64,000 nucleotides of DNA from Octopus vulgaris (lineage: Eukaryota), in the NCBI GenBank assembly GCA_951406725.2, contig OX597838.1:1178001-1242000 (forward strand), read 5' to 3'. The notes under the pieces are model-generated. The model was not told where the DNA came from. It saw nothing but the letters and a program-made list of their open reading frames with translations, and did no database searches. Shown here one piece after another: positions 12,434 to 25,545 of the stretch. The translations under genes were made by a program, and so were the position numbers. Numbering within the stretch: the first letter of the stretch is position 1; each line of letters starts with the position of its first letter.

Positions 12434-12626
12434 ATAATTTATTATATAGAAGGAGTTTACAGGACTAGTACTGTTTCATTCAAGAGAAATCTTCCTGAAG
12501 ATTTCTCTTGAATGAAACAGTACTAGTCCTGTAGAAGCTCCTTCTATATAATAAATTATTTTTACTCTGCTATGTATTGAGTACCTTACTTACTGTGGTT
12601 AACCCCGAATCAACCCGGGACCTACA
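12434..12626. mobile_element. Penelope pLTR/retrozyme-like fold-back element between (TA)n tracts
   Basis: About 60-bp near-perfect inverted arms (12434-12494 / 12497-12559) with a hammerhead at the centre; TA microsatellite on both sides. Confidence 0.6.
12491..12537 (+). ncRNA. Minimal type-I hammerhead ribozyme motif in a fold-back repeat
   Basis: CTTC-[CTGAAGA]-TTTC-TCTT-GAAT-[GAAA]-CAG-TACTAGTC-CTG-[TA]-GAAG: stem I CTTC/GAAG, stem III ACAG/CTGT, GUA cleavage triplet; the first stem II pair is a U-U mismatch. Confidence 0.7.
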
Positions 12627-12636
12627 TATGTATATG

Positions 12637-12684
<48 letters not shown>

Positions 12685-14761
12685 ACAGATGAACAACTTA
12701 TATTGTAATTTATAATAGAAAGAAATCAATTCTAACGACGTGTTATCCACTGGTGAGGCATCTTTATTAACGCAACTTGTTCAGTTGTGTGTGATGTGTT
12801 GTGTTTGAAGATAAACGTGAGTCAGTTTCCAGATCGTAAACAACACTCCTCTCTTTCTCTCTCCCTCCCTTCCTTCCTCTCTGCAACCCCAATACTAATG
12901 CCTACTGCTACTATCCCTCTGGTCAGAGGTCGTTGCCACGACACCATATTAACCCTGCTCTTACCATTTTATAAACACAATCTAAATACCAGATGGCGCC
13001 TTGGCTGCTTTTATCGAGCCAGATGTTTGATTTGAAGATCTTGCCACCAGTCCTTAAAGACCCTGGTAAAGGAGTGTTCGGAATGATGCTGCCAAGCGAT
13101 GCAGCATGGCGCGTGGTGATGAGAATCTGATGGCAGTGGAAGGTCAGGCGACCTCAATATTATCTCAAACCGGAAACATGGCCCGCTGCAGGGACCATGC
13201 TGTGCTACTTAGACCCAGGCCAAATCTGCGTTTGCAGACATTTTGTTGATAACGGCTCACTTGTTTCAGACGAGTAACAAACTGGACAGTGGTGCTGTCC
13301 AAGTTGGCACGGTTCTTCACGTGGGCACAGACGTGTGTCAAAGGTTAAGATAGATGTGATCAAACACGTGTTCTCGTGCCAGAAGGTTACCGAAATTCAC
13401 TGAAATAATATATTTAAACTAACCCCAACGTCAGCCAATGTCGAAACAAGATAGTCTTAGCTTGCAATGACACACACTCGGACGAGATGATCTTCTCAAT
13501 ACTGGTGGGTATCCTCTGGTGGGTGTCGTCCGGAAACTCGAAGACAATTTTCCTCGATGCTATCAGAGCAATGATTCTTCAAGTGGCCTCAACATCGAGG
13601 ATGGGGAAACGAATTGCTCCAACAATCGCTGGCTGCAATGTTTTGTGTGTCAATGGATTGACTTTATCTTTCCATTTTGTTTTATTAAATATTCATTCCG
13701 TTTTCAATTTCGAATTTACCTTCAATCAAATAGATTGGTAATGCAGTGTGTGTGTGTGTGTATACTCTTTTACTTGTTTCAGTCATTTAACTGCGGCCAT
13801 GCTGGAGCACCGCCTTTAATCGAACAAATCGACTTATTCCTTGTAAGCCTAGTACTTATTCTATCGGTCTCTTGCCGAACCGCCAAGTTACGGGGACGTA
13901 AACACACCAACATCGGTTGTCAAGCGATGTTGGGGGGGGGGGGGGGCAAACACACACACACATATATATATATATAGAGAGAGAGTGGTATATAGTCAAT
14001 ACTAGTGCCCTCCACTGTACAACGGTAAAGCGAGAGCTATTAGTCTTGTATACAAGCGCTCAGATTGTATGCTGTCCACTAGTTTTAAAATGAAGACCTA
14101 TTAAGCTATTCTATTTTTGAGAACCTATGTTAAACGGTATAAAGTAGATTAAAAGCTATTCGTCACACGTAGCTACGTTGTGCAGTGGTAGCAAATCGTT
14201 TTGGGCAGTAGGGTTTCGATTCACACTTGAGCCAGTTCACTTATTGTATCTTTGTATCAGGTGAAGGCGGTCAACACCGCTTATTCACAGGGAGTGAGGT
14301 GGGGGTGACTGAAGACCCAGTGTTCCATTAGTATTTATGTATCCGCCACCAGTTCAAATAGAGCCTCACATACACAATTATACTCACACACCCACATGTA
14401 GTTTTTATGTAAATATATGTCCAGTTCACATAAAAGAAAAAACAATTACGCACACACACACACACAGCACATATACTCTCATATACACAGACACACAGTT
14501 GTCAGATCAATTTCATAAGAGTGACAAACTTTTTAGAAAGTTGCCCAAGACGAAAATGTGTCAATGTGTGAGTATACTTTCTGCTACACGCAAGGCCAGA
14601 TTTTTGTTTGTAGGGAAGTCGATTACATCGACCCGGTTTTCAACTGGTATTTATTTTATTGACCCCAGAAAACATGAAAAGTCGACCTTGGCAGAATTTG
14701 AATATCGCATTCATGTGAATTCATTGGAACTCACTTGTATCTTAATTGTTTTTACTGAAAT

Positions 14762-14819
<58 letters not shown>

Positions 14820-14865
14820 AGAAAGTAAAAAGTTCAACACCGGAACATAGCATTAAATTATTAAC

Positions 14866-14941
14866 ACGCTTACACGTGTTTCGGTGACACACGATTATTA
14901 CGTATGAGTAACATTCTGCACGCGTTACTTCATCAGAAGAT
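14866..14941 (-). ncRNA. Decayed hammerhead motif
   Basis: Minus strand reads CTGATGA-AGTAACGC...GTGTCACC-GAAA-CACGTG-TA-AG; perfect palindromic stem III ACACGTGT; stems I and II are mismatched. Confidence 0.5.
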
Positions 14942-15394
14942 TTCATAAACGATTTAACACAACATTCTCCTATGTTGGACTTCTTATCTATGACCAATAT
15001 ATCCGATGAACTTATAATATTGAAATATCTACGTAACACAAACTCTCTTCCCAGGCACCTGTTTTGGATTTTAGTGGGGCACATGTGTTTCGAAGTCAAT
15101 GGGTTGCAGTTATGCACATTCAAAGACGCTACACACACACACACCAAAGTAGTGCGTGTAGGAAGGTTCTAGTAACTCAAGTTGGTAAATTAATGAGACT
15201 CCGAAGGATTTTCACTAAAAAAAAAAAAAATTAAGATTTTAAAGTAATTTATGCCTCCCCACCCAATAACACAGATTTAAGTTAATCAGTTGGTTGAGGT
15301 GCTTTTTTTTTACAATCCCTGCTAACTTCTTAAGTAGCATGTCTCGTCGCTTCACTTAAGTTTCATCCTATTATCCTCTTAGTTATAAATTTCG

Positions 15395-15745
15395 TTGTTC
15401 GTTACCAGCGTCACCTTACTGACACTTGTGGTCGGCGGCACGTGAACAAAACATTCGAGGTCGTTGCCAGTGCCGCTGGACTGACTCCTGAGCAGGTGGC
15501 ACGTAAAAAACACCATTTTCGAGCGTTGCCGTTGCCAGTACCGCCTGACTGGCCCCTCGTGCCGGTGGAACGTAAAAGCATCCACTACACTCTCGGGGTG
15601 GTTGGCGTTAGGAAGGGCATCCAGCTGTAGAAACTCTGCCAGATCAGATTGGAGCCTGGCGCAGCCATCTGGTTTGCCAGACCTCAGTCGAATCGTCCAA
15701 CCCATGCTAGCATGGAAGGCGAACGTTAAATGATGATGATGATTT
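15395..15745 (+). mobile_element. Retroposon with RTE-like (GAT)n tail; other copies at about 6750-7000, 21780-21918, 23790-23980, 32300-32457, 32465-32680(-), 34260-34435, 34470-34710(-), 47480-47642, 56940-57140, 63350-63530(-)
   Basis: Shared GTGGTTGGC.TTAGGAAGGGCATCCAGC...TCCAACCCATGC.AGCATGGA...GATGATGAT. Confidence 0.85.
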
Positions 15746-17899
15746 CTGAATGGCGATATTTAAGGCCGTGTGGTTAAGAAATTCACTTGACAGCTGCATG
15801 GCTTCAGATTCGATCCTGCTGGCTAGAACATTAGGCAAGTATTTTCTACTGTAAGCCTCAAATTTCTGAGTGGAATTTGCTGACGGAAATTGCATGGAAA
15901 CCCGAGGGATCGTTCAAGTCGTTGGGAAGGGGTCTTGAACCACCCTTCTCCATCTAACATGGCTTTCAAGTACCTTTCGTAATGTCCACATCGGTTGCAG
16001 GCATTGTGGTGATGTCCCGCAGTAATTTTCTCCTACCCAACTCTACTTAACGGTCTCGGTTACGCTGCAAAAGGGACAAGGACGGGAAGATGGCGGTTAG
16101 AAACAAATACGTTTTCAGGACAAATACAGACACCATAATTATTTTCTCGTATTTCTGAAATATAAAACGCACGAGTTACAGAAGCAATTGTTGATCACGG
16201 TTTCGAATTAAGGTTCAAAGTATTTCCTGTTATCTCTTTGAAACCTATTTGATCATCCATGAACATCACAACTTGACATTTTCAGCTTTTGTCAAACTGT
16301 GGAGCTAAATCATTCGCAGACTCTTATGTCTATATAAGGAAATAATTTCATGTCAGCTGGACGAGGTCAGTGACTCGTTAGAGCATCAAGATGCAATGTA
16401 GAATTTAATTATAGTTCTTCATATTCCGAGTTCAAATCCCGCAGAGGTCAAAACTCAAGAAGTGAATACAATTAGAACAGAAAACAGTATTGGTGATTGA
16501 TGGGAGAATGATGAATTGTAAGATGCAAGACCTCACCTAGATAAGAGGGAGGTGGTGAACAGGATGTTGTGATGGTCATGCTATTATTTAAGTGTGTTAG
16601 TAATAATAGTGAGAGCTCTTCGATAAAAGAAGGCCACCATTCTGGCAAATCCCATCAAAGTTGGTCAGTTTTCGTGTCGTCAGGCAGGAGAGAAGATTTG
16701 AGGAGAAGAAAAGAGAAAAAAGCCATTTTTGAAACCATGTTCAACAGCCGACAGAGTGGCAGTGTGAGTAGAGCTGATTAGAGTGGTAGCAGTGAGGGGG
16801 GCACAGTAAGAGGAATAAATAAAGAAGTGGTAGCACAAGTATTTAGAAAACTAACCAATTCAATAAAAAACAAAATATTTTAACAACAAACAACAAAAAC
16901 AAAACACTGCTTCTACTCTCTCTTACTCCCACTTACTTTTTCTTTTACTCTCTCTCTCTTACTCCCACTTACTTTTTCTTTTACTCTCTCTCTCTCTCCT
17001 CACACAAATATATACACATGTGTGTGAAGGGATTTCCCTATTCACTCTTTTTCATTATCTTTCTCTGTCTGTCTCTCTCTCTCTATATATATATACACAC
17101 GCGCATGGATATACATTCTCACATATAAAACAAAAACTGTATATATATATGTATGTGATATTTGTACCACAAAATAAACAAGGGCCATACTCACATTTAT
17201 GTGTAGGTGGTGTTGAAGTAGCAGTAGTAGTCGAAGCAGCAGCAGTAATTACTAATTAAAAATATATCAATAACAAAAGGAAAAATAAAAGTTCTATATA
17301 TACACACACACACACGCGTATGTATATTGCCTTAATCTCTCTCTCTCTCTCGCAACTTCTTTTTTTATCTCTAATTCATTAACTTTCTCTCATCACTTCT
17401 ATCTCTCGGCTTCGCTCGCTTAACTACACACTCTCTCTCTCTCTATCTCTCTCCCTCTATTCATTCTCTCACCCTCACTCACTCGCTCTATTCATTCTCT
17501 CTCTCTCTCTCCCTCTATTCATTTTCTTTTCCTCTCTCATTTATTTCCTGTCACCCTCTCTCAATTGCTTAATATTCTCCCTCCCTCACACACTTAATCA
17601 ATCACTCTCTCTCTCTCATTTACTCAATCAATCACTCATACTCTCTCTCCTAAGTGCATCTTAGTTCTCACTCTTACGCATATACGCACGCAAACCCACA
17701 CACACACGTACACACCCACAGTCTCACACACACACACACACACACCTTATTTGTCATCCTCTCATCTTCTTTCTCTCTTTCCTTCCCTCCTCCTTCTCTC
17801 TCATCATATCACAGGTTTTTCTTTTCCTAAGCCTCTCCCCTTCTCTCTCTCTCTCTGTCTTTCTCTCTTCCCCCCCACCACCTCGTTACGATTTGTCTT

Positions 17900-18181
17900 T
17901 CCTCCTCTCTTTCTCAACCCGCCCCGCCCCCATCCGTGTACGTGTTCCTGCATATGTATACACACAGCTCGCCTCTCTATTTGCACACACGCATACTGAC
18001 ACATCCACAAACCAACCCGTATACACACGCCTGTCCACATCCACCTTGTCGATGGCTGTGCGAGCCCAGCATCATCCCACGAGCTGCTTGTTGTTCACGC
18101 GCGTGTTCGAACTCTCAGCTCACACACAACAAAGATAAACAATATGAGGAGGAGACCAGCTTGGAGTACAGCAGACATCGG
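17900..18181 (+). promoter_or_regulatory. Putative promoter and first (mostly non-coding) exon of the SUR-like gene
   Basis: (CT)n-rich block followed by tandem GC boxes CCCGCCCCGCCCC (17918-17931), CpG-rich unique sequence and a consensus donor GG|GTGAGT at 18181/18182. Confidence 0.5.
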
Positions 18182-20631
18182 GTGAGTGCTTCCAGTATTG
18201 TCTTTTTCATTCCAGCTTCATAAACACACACACACACATATACACATGTGTGTGTGTGTGTGTATACACAAATATATATATATACATGTGTGTTTTCTAC
18301 GAACGTAGATGAGGTGATGTTGACTCAGATTTATACGACTCTATGAACACACACTCGTATGTGTGTATATATATATATATGTATATATATATACATACAG
18401 TCATACCTTGTACGCACACATACATGTATGTGTGTGACGTATACATAATCATACACATATATTATTATTTTGCATACAATCTGTGTATGTGTGTGTGTGT
18501 GTACACACACAAACACAAATACAAGCTTTAGTTTGTGTGTATATCTCCCTCCATATGTATGTTTGTACGCATACATATATGTACACACACACACACACAC
18601 ACGCATGCAGTCTCGTCTCCATGTGGCGGGCACCCGTCGTTAAGTTTGTTATCAGTTAATGGAGCCGTGGCAGAGTAAGGGGATGGGGCTGGGCAGTTAC
18701 CCCTCGGGCGCAGGTGTGAAGGGGCACAAAATTTCTTACGGGCTTTCATGTTTGTTAATTAAGGGTTTGGGGCGCCAAAAGTGTATGCCCCCTCCCCTCC
18801 CATCGGGCGCTGTAAACATTTGCTGTGTTAAATAGAATGGAGCCAGTATCTAGGTTTCGATTCCTGGACGGAATTGCTTTATTATTTTCTTTCCTTCTCT
18901 CTGAAAGTAAGGGTCATGCGTGTGTGTCTATCTCTTCCCCCCTCTACACCTGTTGTTTCACCTTTTTTTTTTATAAAATAAAGAATGTATGAATTTCTGT
19001 GTGTGTTCCGCCAAACTTTGTTCCTCTCCAACATACACTGCACTCTGCCTTTTCTAGAATACCCTCAAGACCACCCTTTAAGTAGTCATTCGACCTGCAA
19101 GAAATAGCAGCCAAATATTCCTAGACCACACCTTACATCCCTAAAAATCGAAGTACACCTTCCAAGCAGTACATAAAACCGAATGGTTATGACTGGAATC
19201 GCCGTCTTACGTGGGGTTGAACTACGGCGACACTAAAAAGAAACTCCATGCTCTCCACCTGCCCTTCAGGTAGTTCTCTCCCTCACCGTTATTAAACATT
19301 ATTTAATCCATGTTACTTGTCATAGACAGCCTACCCGTTAATGTTCATGTTCTTTCGCCACCCTAAATGTCTGTGCGTTCACCACCCTTTCTACAAACAC
19401 GCCACTTTCCATTTAATGTCCGCTGCTGATTCTAAATATACCTTTACGAACCAGTGAAATAGCCTTTAAGTTTGACCTACTGGAAATAGTAGTCAATTAT
19501 CTCTCAAAAATCACTCCCTATCGCCATGAAAGGAGAAAGACACTCATAGTGCAATACGCAATAAAAGGAGGGCCTCAAACAGGGCTGACGAGGGCCGCCA
19601 ACAAATATATTTTGCTTTACACTTTCCTGGTTTTATCAGACGACGAAAGGTCGGAATCACAAACTTGAGTTCAATTCTCGCCAGAAAGAAATTCTGTGTC
19701 CCTCTCGGCGGATTTCAATAAAGGCAGAATGTGATGTAAGATTCTTATTAAATGAAACTGCAATTCTCAATTCACGACGCTCTAAGTTCTATTCCCGTCT
19801 TGGCCAACTCTACCTTTCGTCCGTCGAGGACGGATAAAAGAAAATGCCGTGGATTAGCAGAATTAGTAGAGAGAGAGAGAATCGGATAAGGTACCTTGTG
19901 GTGTTTGCTCTATTTCTGGGTTGGGGATAGGGATAAATCCGTCACCCCCACCACCTTGTCCCTGGGTCAGTACAGGGTTCATTCTCTAGCATCAGGTCTC
20001 TAGTTTGAGGGTAACTTCAGCTTCAACAGGGTCCTCGGTGGCTGCCCTCCCCCTCTCACGAAGCGGGTAAAATAAAAGAAATTTTCATTTAATTTCAGAT
20101 CAGGTGTTAGTCATGGCGTCTGTAATGATTTTTGGGAAAGTGTGAATGTCACAAACTCACCTGTCTGTACAGCATAATCACCAACTCTTGAAAAACCTAA
20201 AATACCAGTAATATACGGTGTTTTTACACCTCCCGTCCTTTGTGATTCCACAGGAAAAGTATTGAATATTTTTTTCCTGGAAACCCAGTTTGCAAGTGTG
20301 TGTGTGTGTGCATATGTAAGTGTACGTGTGTATGTATGTGTATGCATATGTGTACGTGTGCACAAGTGTATGTTTATGGTGGTGGTCGTGTAATCCCGAT
20401 CCAGGCCATACTGTAGCACTATCTATGGTGGTGTATATTGACCGGGTCAAACGCTTTGGTTTGACCTATGATTCATCGAAGGATCACTGTCCTTCACCCT
20501 GTTTCCCCTTCTAGTGCCACTCCTTTAATCCCATACCCCATATAGCAACCCTCACATCCGACAAATCAATAATATATCGATATACGTTTACATGTTGATG
20601 TATAGCATTAAATTACACGTACGTATGTATT

Positions 20632-20668
<37 letters not shown>

Positions 20669-21150
20669 TTATTTATATTATGTATGTGTGTGTGTGTATA
20701 TATATATATATACACACACATATACATACATACAAAGAAAAAAGATGACAAGAAGAATAATCGTTATGTTATGAACTTGGTTAGCTCACAGCTGTTTTTG
20801 CTATAAGATGCAGTGGACTTTTAGTTGAGTGCCTTGTGACCATTCTATAGCTTCATCAGAGCCTCAAATATGAAATGCAATTTATTTAGGAAAAAAAAAA
20901 CATTTTTGCAACATATATACATATATATATATATAATGTTGGCAGTGTAACGACACGTGCTGTTGGCTATTTCTTCTTCTCCTTTGGACTTTTCCCTTTC
21001 TCCTTTCCAACAAAGAGTTATGCTCAAAACATTAACTTTCTCCTTTCAGCTAATACACTTCTTGTGCACATTCTTACGTTCATTGTTTTCCATTTTTTTT
21101 TGTTTTTTATTTGTTTATTTGATTTGTCATATATATATAACCCATTTTCT

Positions 21151-21187
<37 letters not shown>

Positions 21188-21215
21188 TAGATAGATATAG
21201 ATAGATAGATATATA

Positions 21216-21505
21216 TAGTGGCAGACTGGGTCTAAAAATATTGGTTGCCAGGAGACTAAGGGGACCCACCCACAACTACAATGCTATCTTTTAATTTTTT
21301 CTTTTTTGTTAAAAGTCTTCTTTTCAACTGTCTACAAACACAGCCAGGATGAAATAATTAATGTATTCTTCCAGGAGTGAACAGAAAATTCTCAAACCTG
21401 AGGGGATGGGCCCCTTAGATACTAACATGGTCCCCCATATATGGATTCTAATGGCGCAGGGACCCACTTACCATTGAGCAAGCTGGCAACCTGGCCAGTC
21501 TGCCA

Positions 21506-21508
<3 letters not shown>
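21216..21508. mobile_element. MITE inserted in (TA)n
   Basis: TIR (T/C)AGTGGCAGACTGG / CCAGTCTGCCACTG. Confidence 0.8.
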
Positions 21509-21546
<38 letters not shown>

Positions 21547-21548
<2 letters not shown>

Positions 21549-21724
21549 AGAGTAAACACATAAATGTGAAACAAGGTGGAAAAAGAGTACTCAAATACCA
21601 GAGGTAGAGTAATATGCTTTATTTCAAAGCAGCAGAAATTTAACAAAACTGTCCGACGAACGGGAATGTGAAACTCCGAGTAACAGCTTTTGTTAAATTT
21701 CTGCTGCTTTTAAATAAAGTATAT
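21547..21724. mobile_element. Second pLTR/retrozyme-like fold-back element in (TA)n
   Basis: Inverted arms about 21612-21652 / 21683-21724 enclose a hammerhead core; TA tracts on both sides. Confidence 0.6.
21649..21686 (+). ncRNA. Minimal type-I hammerhead motif with a U4C core variant
   Basis: CTGT-[CCGACGA]-AC-GGGAAT-GT-[GAAA]-CTC-C-GAG-[TA]-ACAG; near-palindromic stem III ACTC(C)GAGT. Confidence 0.65.
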
Positions 21725-21736
21725 ATATATATATGA

Positions 21737-21781
<45 letters not shown>

Positions 21782-22899
21782 AAGGGCATCCAGCTGTAGA
21801 AACATTGCCAGATTAGACTGGAGCCTGGTGCAGCCTTCTGGCTTCCCAGAACCCCGGTCGAACCGTCCAACCCATGCTAGCATGGAGAACGGACGTTAAA
21901 CGACGATGATGATGATGATATATGTATTTATCACCTCCTTTATTTCATAATTAAGTTCATAGCTAGGTAGGTGGATGGTTCAAATCTCTTATCTAGCTGT
22001 AACTCAACCTTTCCCAACTGTCTTGCCCTTCCCCCAAGGGCATCTAACTGATGTCCTCCCAACACACTACAAGATGTGCCCCCCCCCACTCTTTCTCTCT
22101 TACTACTTATAACAGCTCCTGTACATATGAACTAATAAACTGTTCTACCATTTCCGTTGTCATGTTCCTCACACTCCATGCTAAACACTCAATCCTTTGT
22201 CTCCAGAACTAAAATCCTCTGCAACTTGCTCTCCCTCCATTCTCTCTCTCTACTGATATTCTTACTGACAGCTGAAGTTCAGGCTTAACCTGAACTCCAG
22301 TGAGCCTGCCGAGGTCATAGGGTCTGTTCAAAGTCCACTAATCACTTTCTTTGGTGGGGCTTACAAAACCGTGGACACTGTCCAGTATCTGCTCATCATT
22401 TCAGTCAAACGTGTCATAAGATCTGAAGTGATGGGCAATTGGGTCTAATGAAGGCCTGAATGAGATCACTGATGTTCTCCACAACCTGTTTCCAACACCA
22501 AATCGGTATCTTTGTCAGACTGCGAGGCATTCCATTACAACATTGCTTTTCATTCATAGTGTCACTTGTCTTATATTTTGATGAGAATTTGGGTAGGATG
22601 ATGATGTAAACACTGGCTTAGTCTCTGGTCATTTGAGACACTGCAGTCCATTGTATTGTCTATCACCATGTTCGGTCTCAACAATATGATGTTGATCCCT
22701 ATGGAGGGTTAGTGGAGTACTAGAGAGAGAGGAAGGTGTAACTATGGTGCTTTCTGGTGAGTTGTGATGCATAAGTTGAGAGAGAGAGAGAGAGAGTTGA
22801 TGGTTTGGTAGAGTTCCCTGTAGGGGATCAGTTGCAAAGATCTGTCTGATGGTGGTTTCTGATGTGCTGCAGAATCTAGTTGAGGGCCAGAGTGTAGAG

Positions 22900-23159
22900 T
22901 AATGATTCTCAACCTTTTTTTTTTTTGTTACCTTTGTACCACCTTTAATTCCTATTTTACTCTGCTCCACCCTTATGACCGTTTGATGTTTAAAAAAAAA
23001 ATCATTTTTAGAATTAAATATTATTTGGAATTGTATAAAAATATTGTCAGATTATTTTGTGCATTGCAGAAGTTTAACCAATTTATTGCACTTAAATTTT
23101 TAATAAGAAAATCTTATATGGCTCCGCAATGGTCATGTGGACCCAGTTGTGACCCACTG
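22900..23159. mobile_element. Charlie-type hAT MITE
   Basis: Perfect 8-bp TSD GTGTAGAG; degenerate TIRs. Confidence 0.8.
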
Positions 23160-24779
23160 GTGTAGAGGGTTAGTTGAAGGTCAGAGAAACAATGATATGA
23201 TGGTGGTGGGCTGAGGAATGACCGTTGTAGTCCAGCTATGACTGTGCTTGTATGTCTGCAGCGCTGGATGTCTTTTGTGTTTTGTATAATCTTGTATATA
23301 TGTCATATGTCTGTATTGTGTTATGTGTAAAAAACATTGGTGTATCTCAGGCAACATGGTCATGGTCTACTACAGAGGGATGCGACAGGGTGACACCTTT
23401 GTAGGAACGTGAGAGAGGGTGCTATGCTAAGAGAAGTAAAGTTGAGCTGGGGGGAAAGAATGAACAGGTACTTCTCGTTCTTTCTTCCTAGCTCAGCTTT
23501 ACATTTCTTAGCATAGCACCCCCCTCTCACTGTATCACATCCCTCTGTAATAGAATGTATATCTATAACTGTTGTGTTCTGTGTCTGTGGAAGGGTGAAA
23601 GGAGAAGTTGACATAACTAAGACGTTTTATATCCAGAAGAATGAGCTCAGTGTGTTTTGATGTTTAGATCTAACTAAATGTTACTCTACCAGTTCTACCA
23701 CTTCAGTACCACATCTGGTCATCTACCGGTTCTGTGTCTCCATATTTTTAATTTTCATTTGTGCTGGTGCCACATAAAAAGCACCTCTGCCAGTGATGAG
23801 TAAATGCACCTGTGCTGGTACCACATAAAATGCTCCCAGCACACTCTGTAAAGTGGCTGGTGTTAGGAAGGGCATCCAGCCATAGAAACCATGCCACAAT
23901 AGACAGTTGGAGGCTGGACAGCTCCATGTCGAGCTGTCCAACCAATGCCGGCATGGAAAGTGGACATTAACTGATGATGATTTCTTTCTGGATGGATTAA
24001 ATCTACCAATTCGGACTTGAAACGCTTATAATATTTTGGTTTACCTGGGACTTTTGTAGAAGACATTAGTGCAAGATGCTGTGTGTTGGGATTGAAACCA
24101 TGCAGTTGCTTAGCAAACTTCTAAACACCTTAGTTCGTGATCTGTCATGTATACAACCCTACTAATCAAGAGAGCCCCCATATTCTAGTTTTTCTCTTTC
24201 TTATAAGGTGGTGGTGAAGTGGTGGAGCAACAGATAAGGTAGCATTTGAGACTAAAGGAGTGGTAGAGTTTCTTCATGTGTGTGGGTGGGTGTGTGTGCG
24301 TGATCGTTTCAACATCTACTTTTCCCTGCTGGCTATGGATTACATGGAACTTGTGGAAGATCTTTCTACAACTGGATGCCCTTCCTGTCACCAACCCTCA
24401 CCTATTTCTGAGTAAAGTAATATTTCTCCATGACCAGACATGTTTTCATGGAAGATTGGAAACTGAGGACATCACTTGCGTGATGGTGACATTCGTTTAC
24501 AACAATCATGTGATGTCAAAGCAAGGAAACAGTAACTTTCTCACACACACACACACACACACGCACATTTGTATACAATGGGCTTCTTTTAGTTTCCATA
24601 TAACAAATCCATTCACAGGGCTTTAGACTACAGTAAACAGTTGTCTGAGATGCCATACAGTGGGACTGAACTGAGAACGATGTAGTTTGCAAGCAACATT
24701 CTTACCACACGACCATGCATATGTGTGTGTGTGTTTCTTGGTATATGACCTGTATTTATGCATGTTGTGTGTGTGTGTA

Positions 24780-24824
<45 letters not shown>

Positions 24825-25349
24825 ATATATCATGAATGGTGCAAAGCTACCATCTGGTTATCTGGTTGATAACTGATGAAGAATTAGGGACATTCTGTGT
24901 CCGTTTTCTGTTTGTGCATTTACTATACATTTTCTCACTTATTAAGTAACAGAACGCAACGCACCCTGGTTTTTATTAACAGTAAATTATATATATATAT
25001 ACACATATGTATATATTTATCTGTATATGAGTGCCTGGCCATTTATACACACAAACACACACTGAGGAACCCATGTGTGTGTATTTCTGTGCATGACAAC
25101 TCCCCATCATCCCATGTCTTATGCAAAGAAATATTTGTGGTGTATTTCTGTTTGTTCTTTACGTTCTGAGTTCAAATTCCACCGTTCAGCCTTTCGGGGT
25201 TGATAAATTAAGTACCAGTTGCACACTAGGGTCGATCTAATTGACTGGCCACCTCCCCTAAAATTTTGGACCTTGTGCCTAGAGTAGAAAAGAATATTTG
25301 TAGTGTATTTCTGTTCTGTCAATCTTTATTTCTCTTTTCCTGGCTCCAG

Positions 25350-25545
25350 TCTTTCAGCATCGGTTCATGGAGAAGCCAAAAAATTTAATAAAAACAGGGG
25401 TCTGACCAGCCATGATTGGTTCGTGCTGGTCGATGTCATGATCCCATGTGTTCTTGGAACCTACGTTACTGATTTACTCCACAGATTCAAGATAAATGGT
25501 GGTGCGTCTTAGAAATGAATTCCATGAGGTGGAGTGGCTGCCACA
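25350..25545 (+). other. Candidate internal 5'-leader exon
   Basis: Polypyrimidine tract with CCAG acceptor (alternative TTTCAG at 25357); unique sequence; donor CA|GTGAGT at 25546. Confidence 0.4.

Noticed and set aside
11946-12511. Long YI/HT/CV-repeat ORFs here and at many other microsatellites
   Set aside because: They are translations of (TA)n, (CA)n and (GA)n tracts, which lack stop codons.
12990-13740. CpG-rich block with faint Tc1-like traces on the minus strand
   Set aside because: No catalytic motif or TIR pair could be confirmed by eye.
19586-19600. Isolated CTGANGA matches (also about 45793, 58157, 59852, 60225)
   Set aside because: No downstream GAAA with pairable stems and NUH, so they are not hammerheads.
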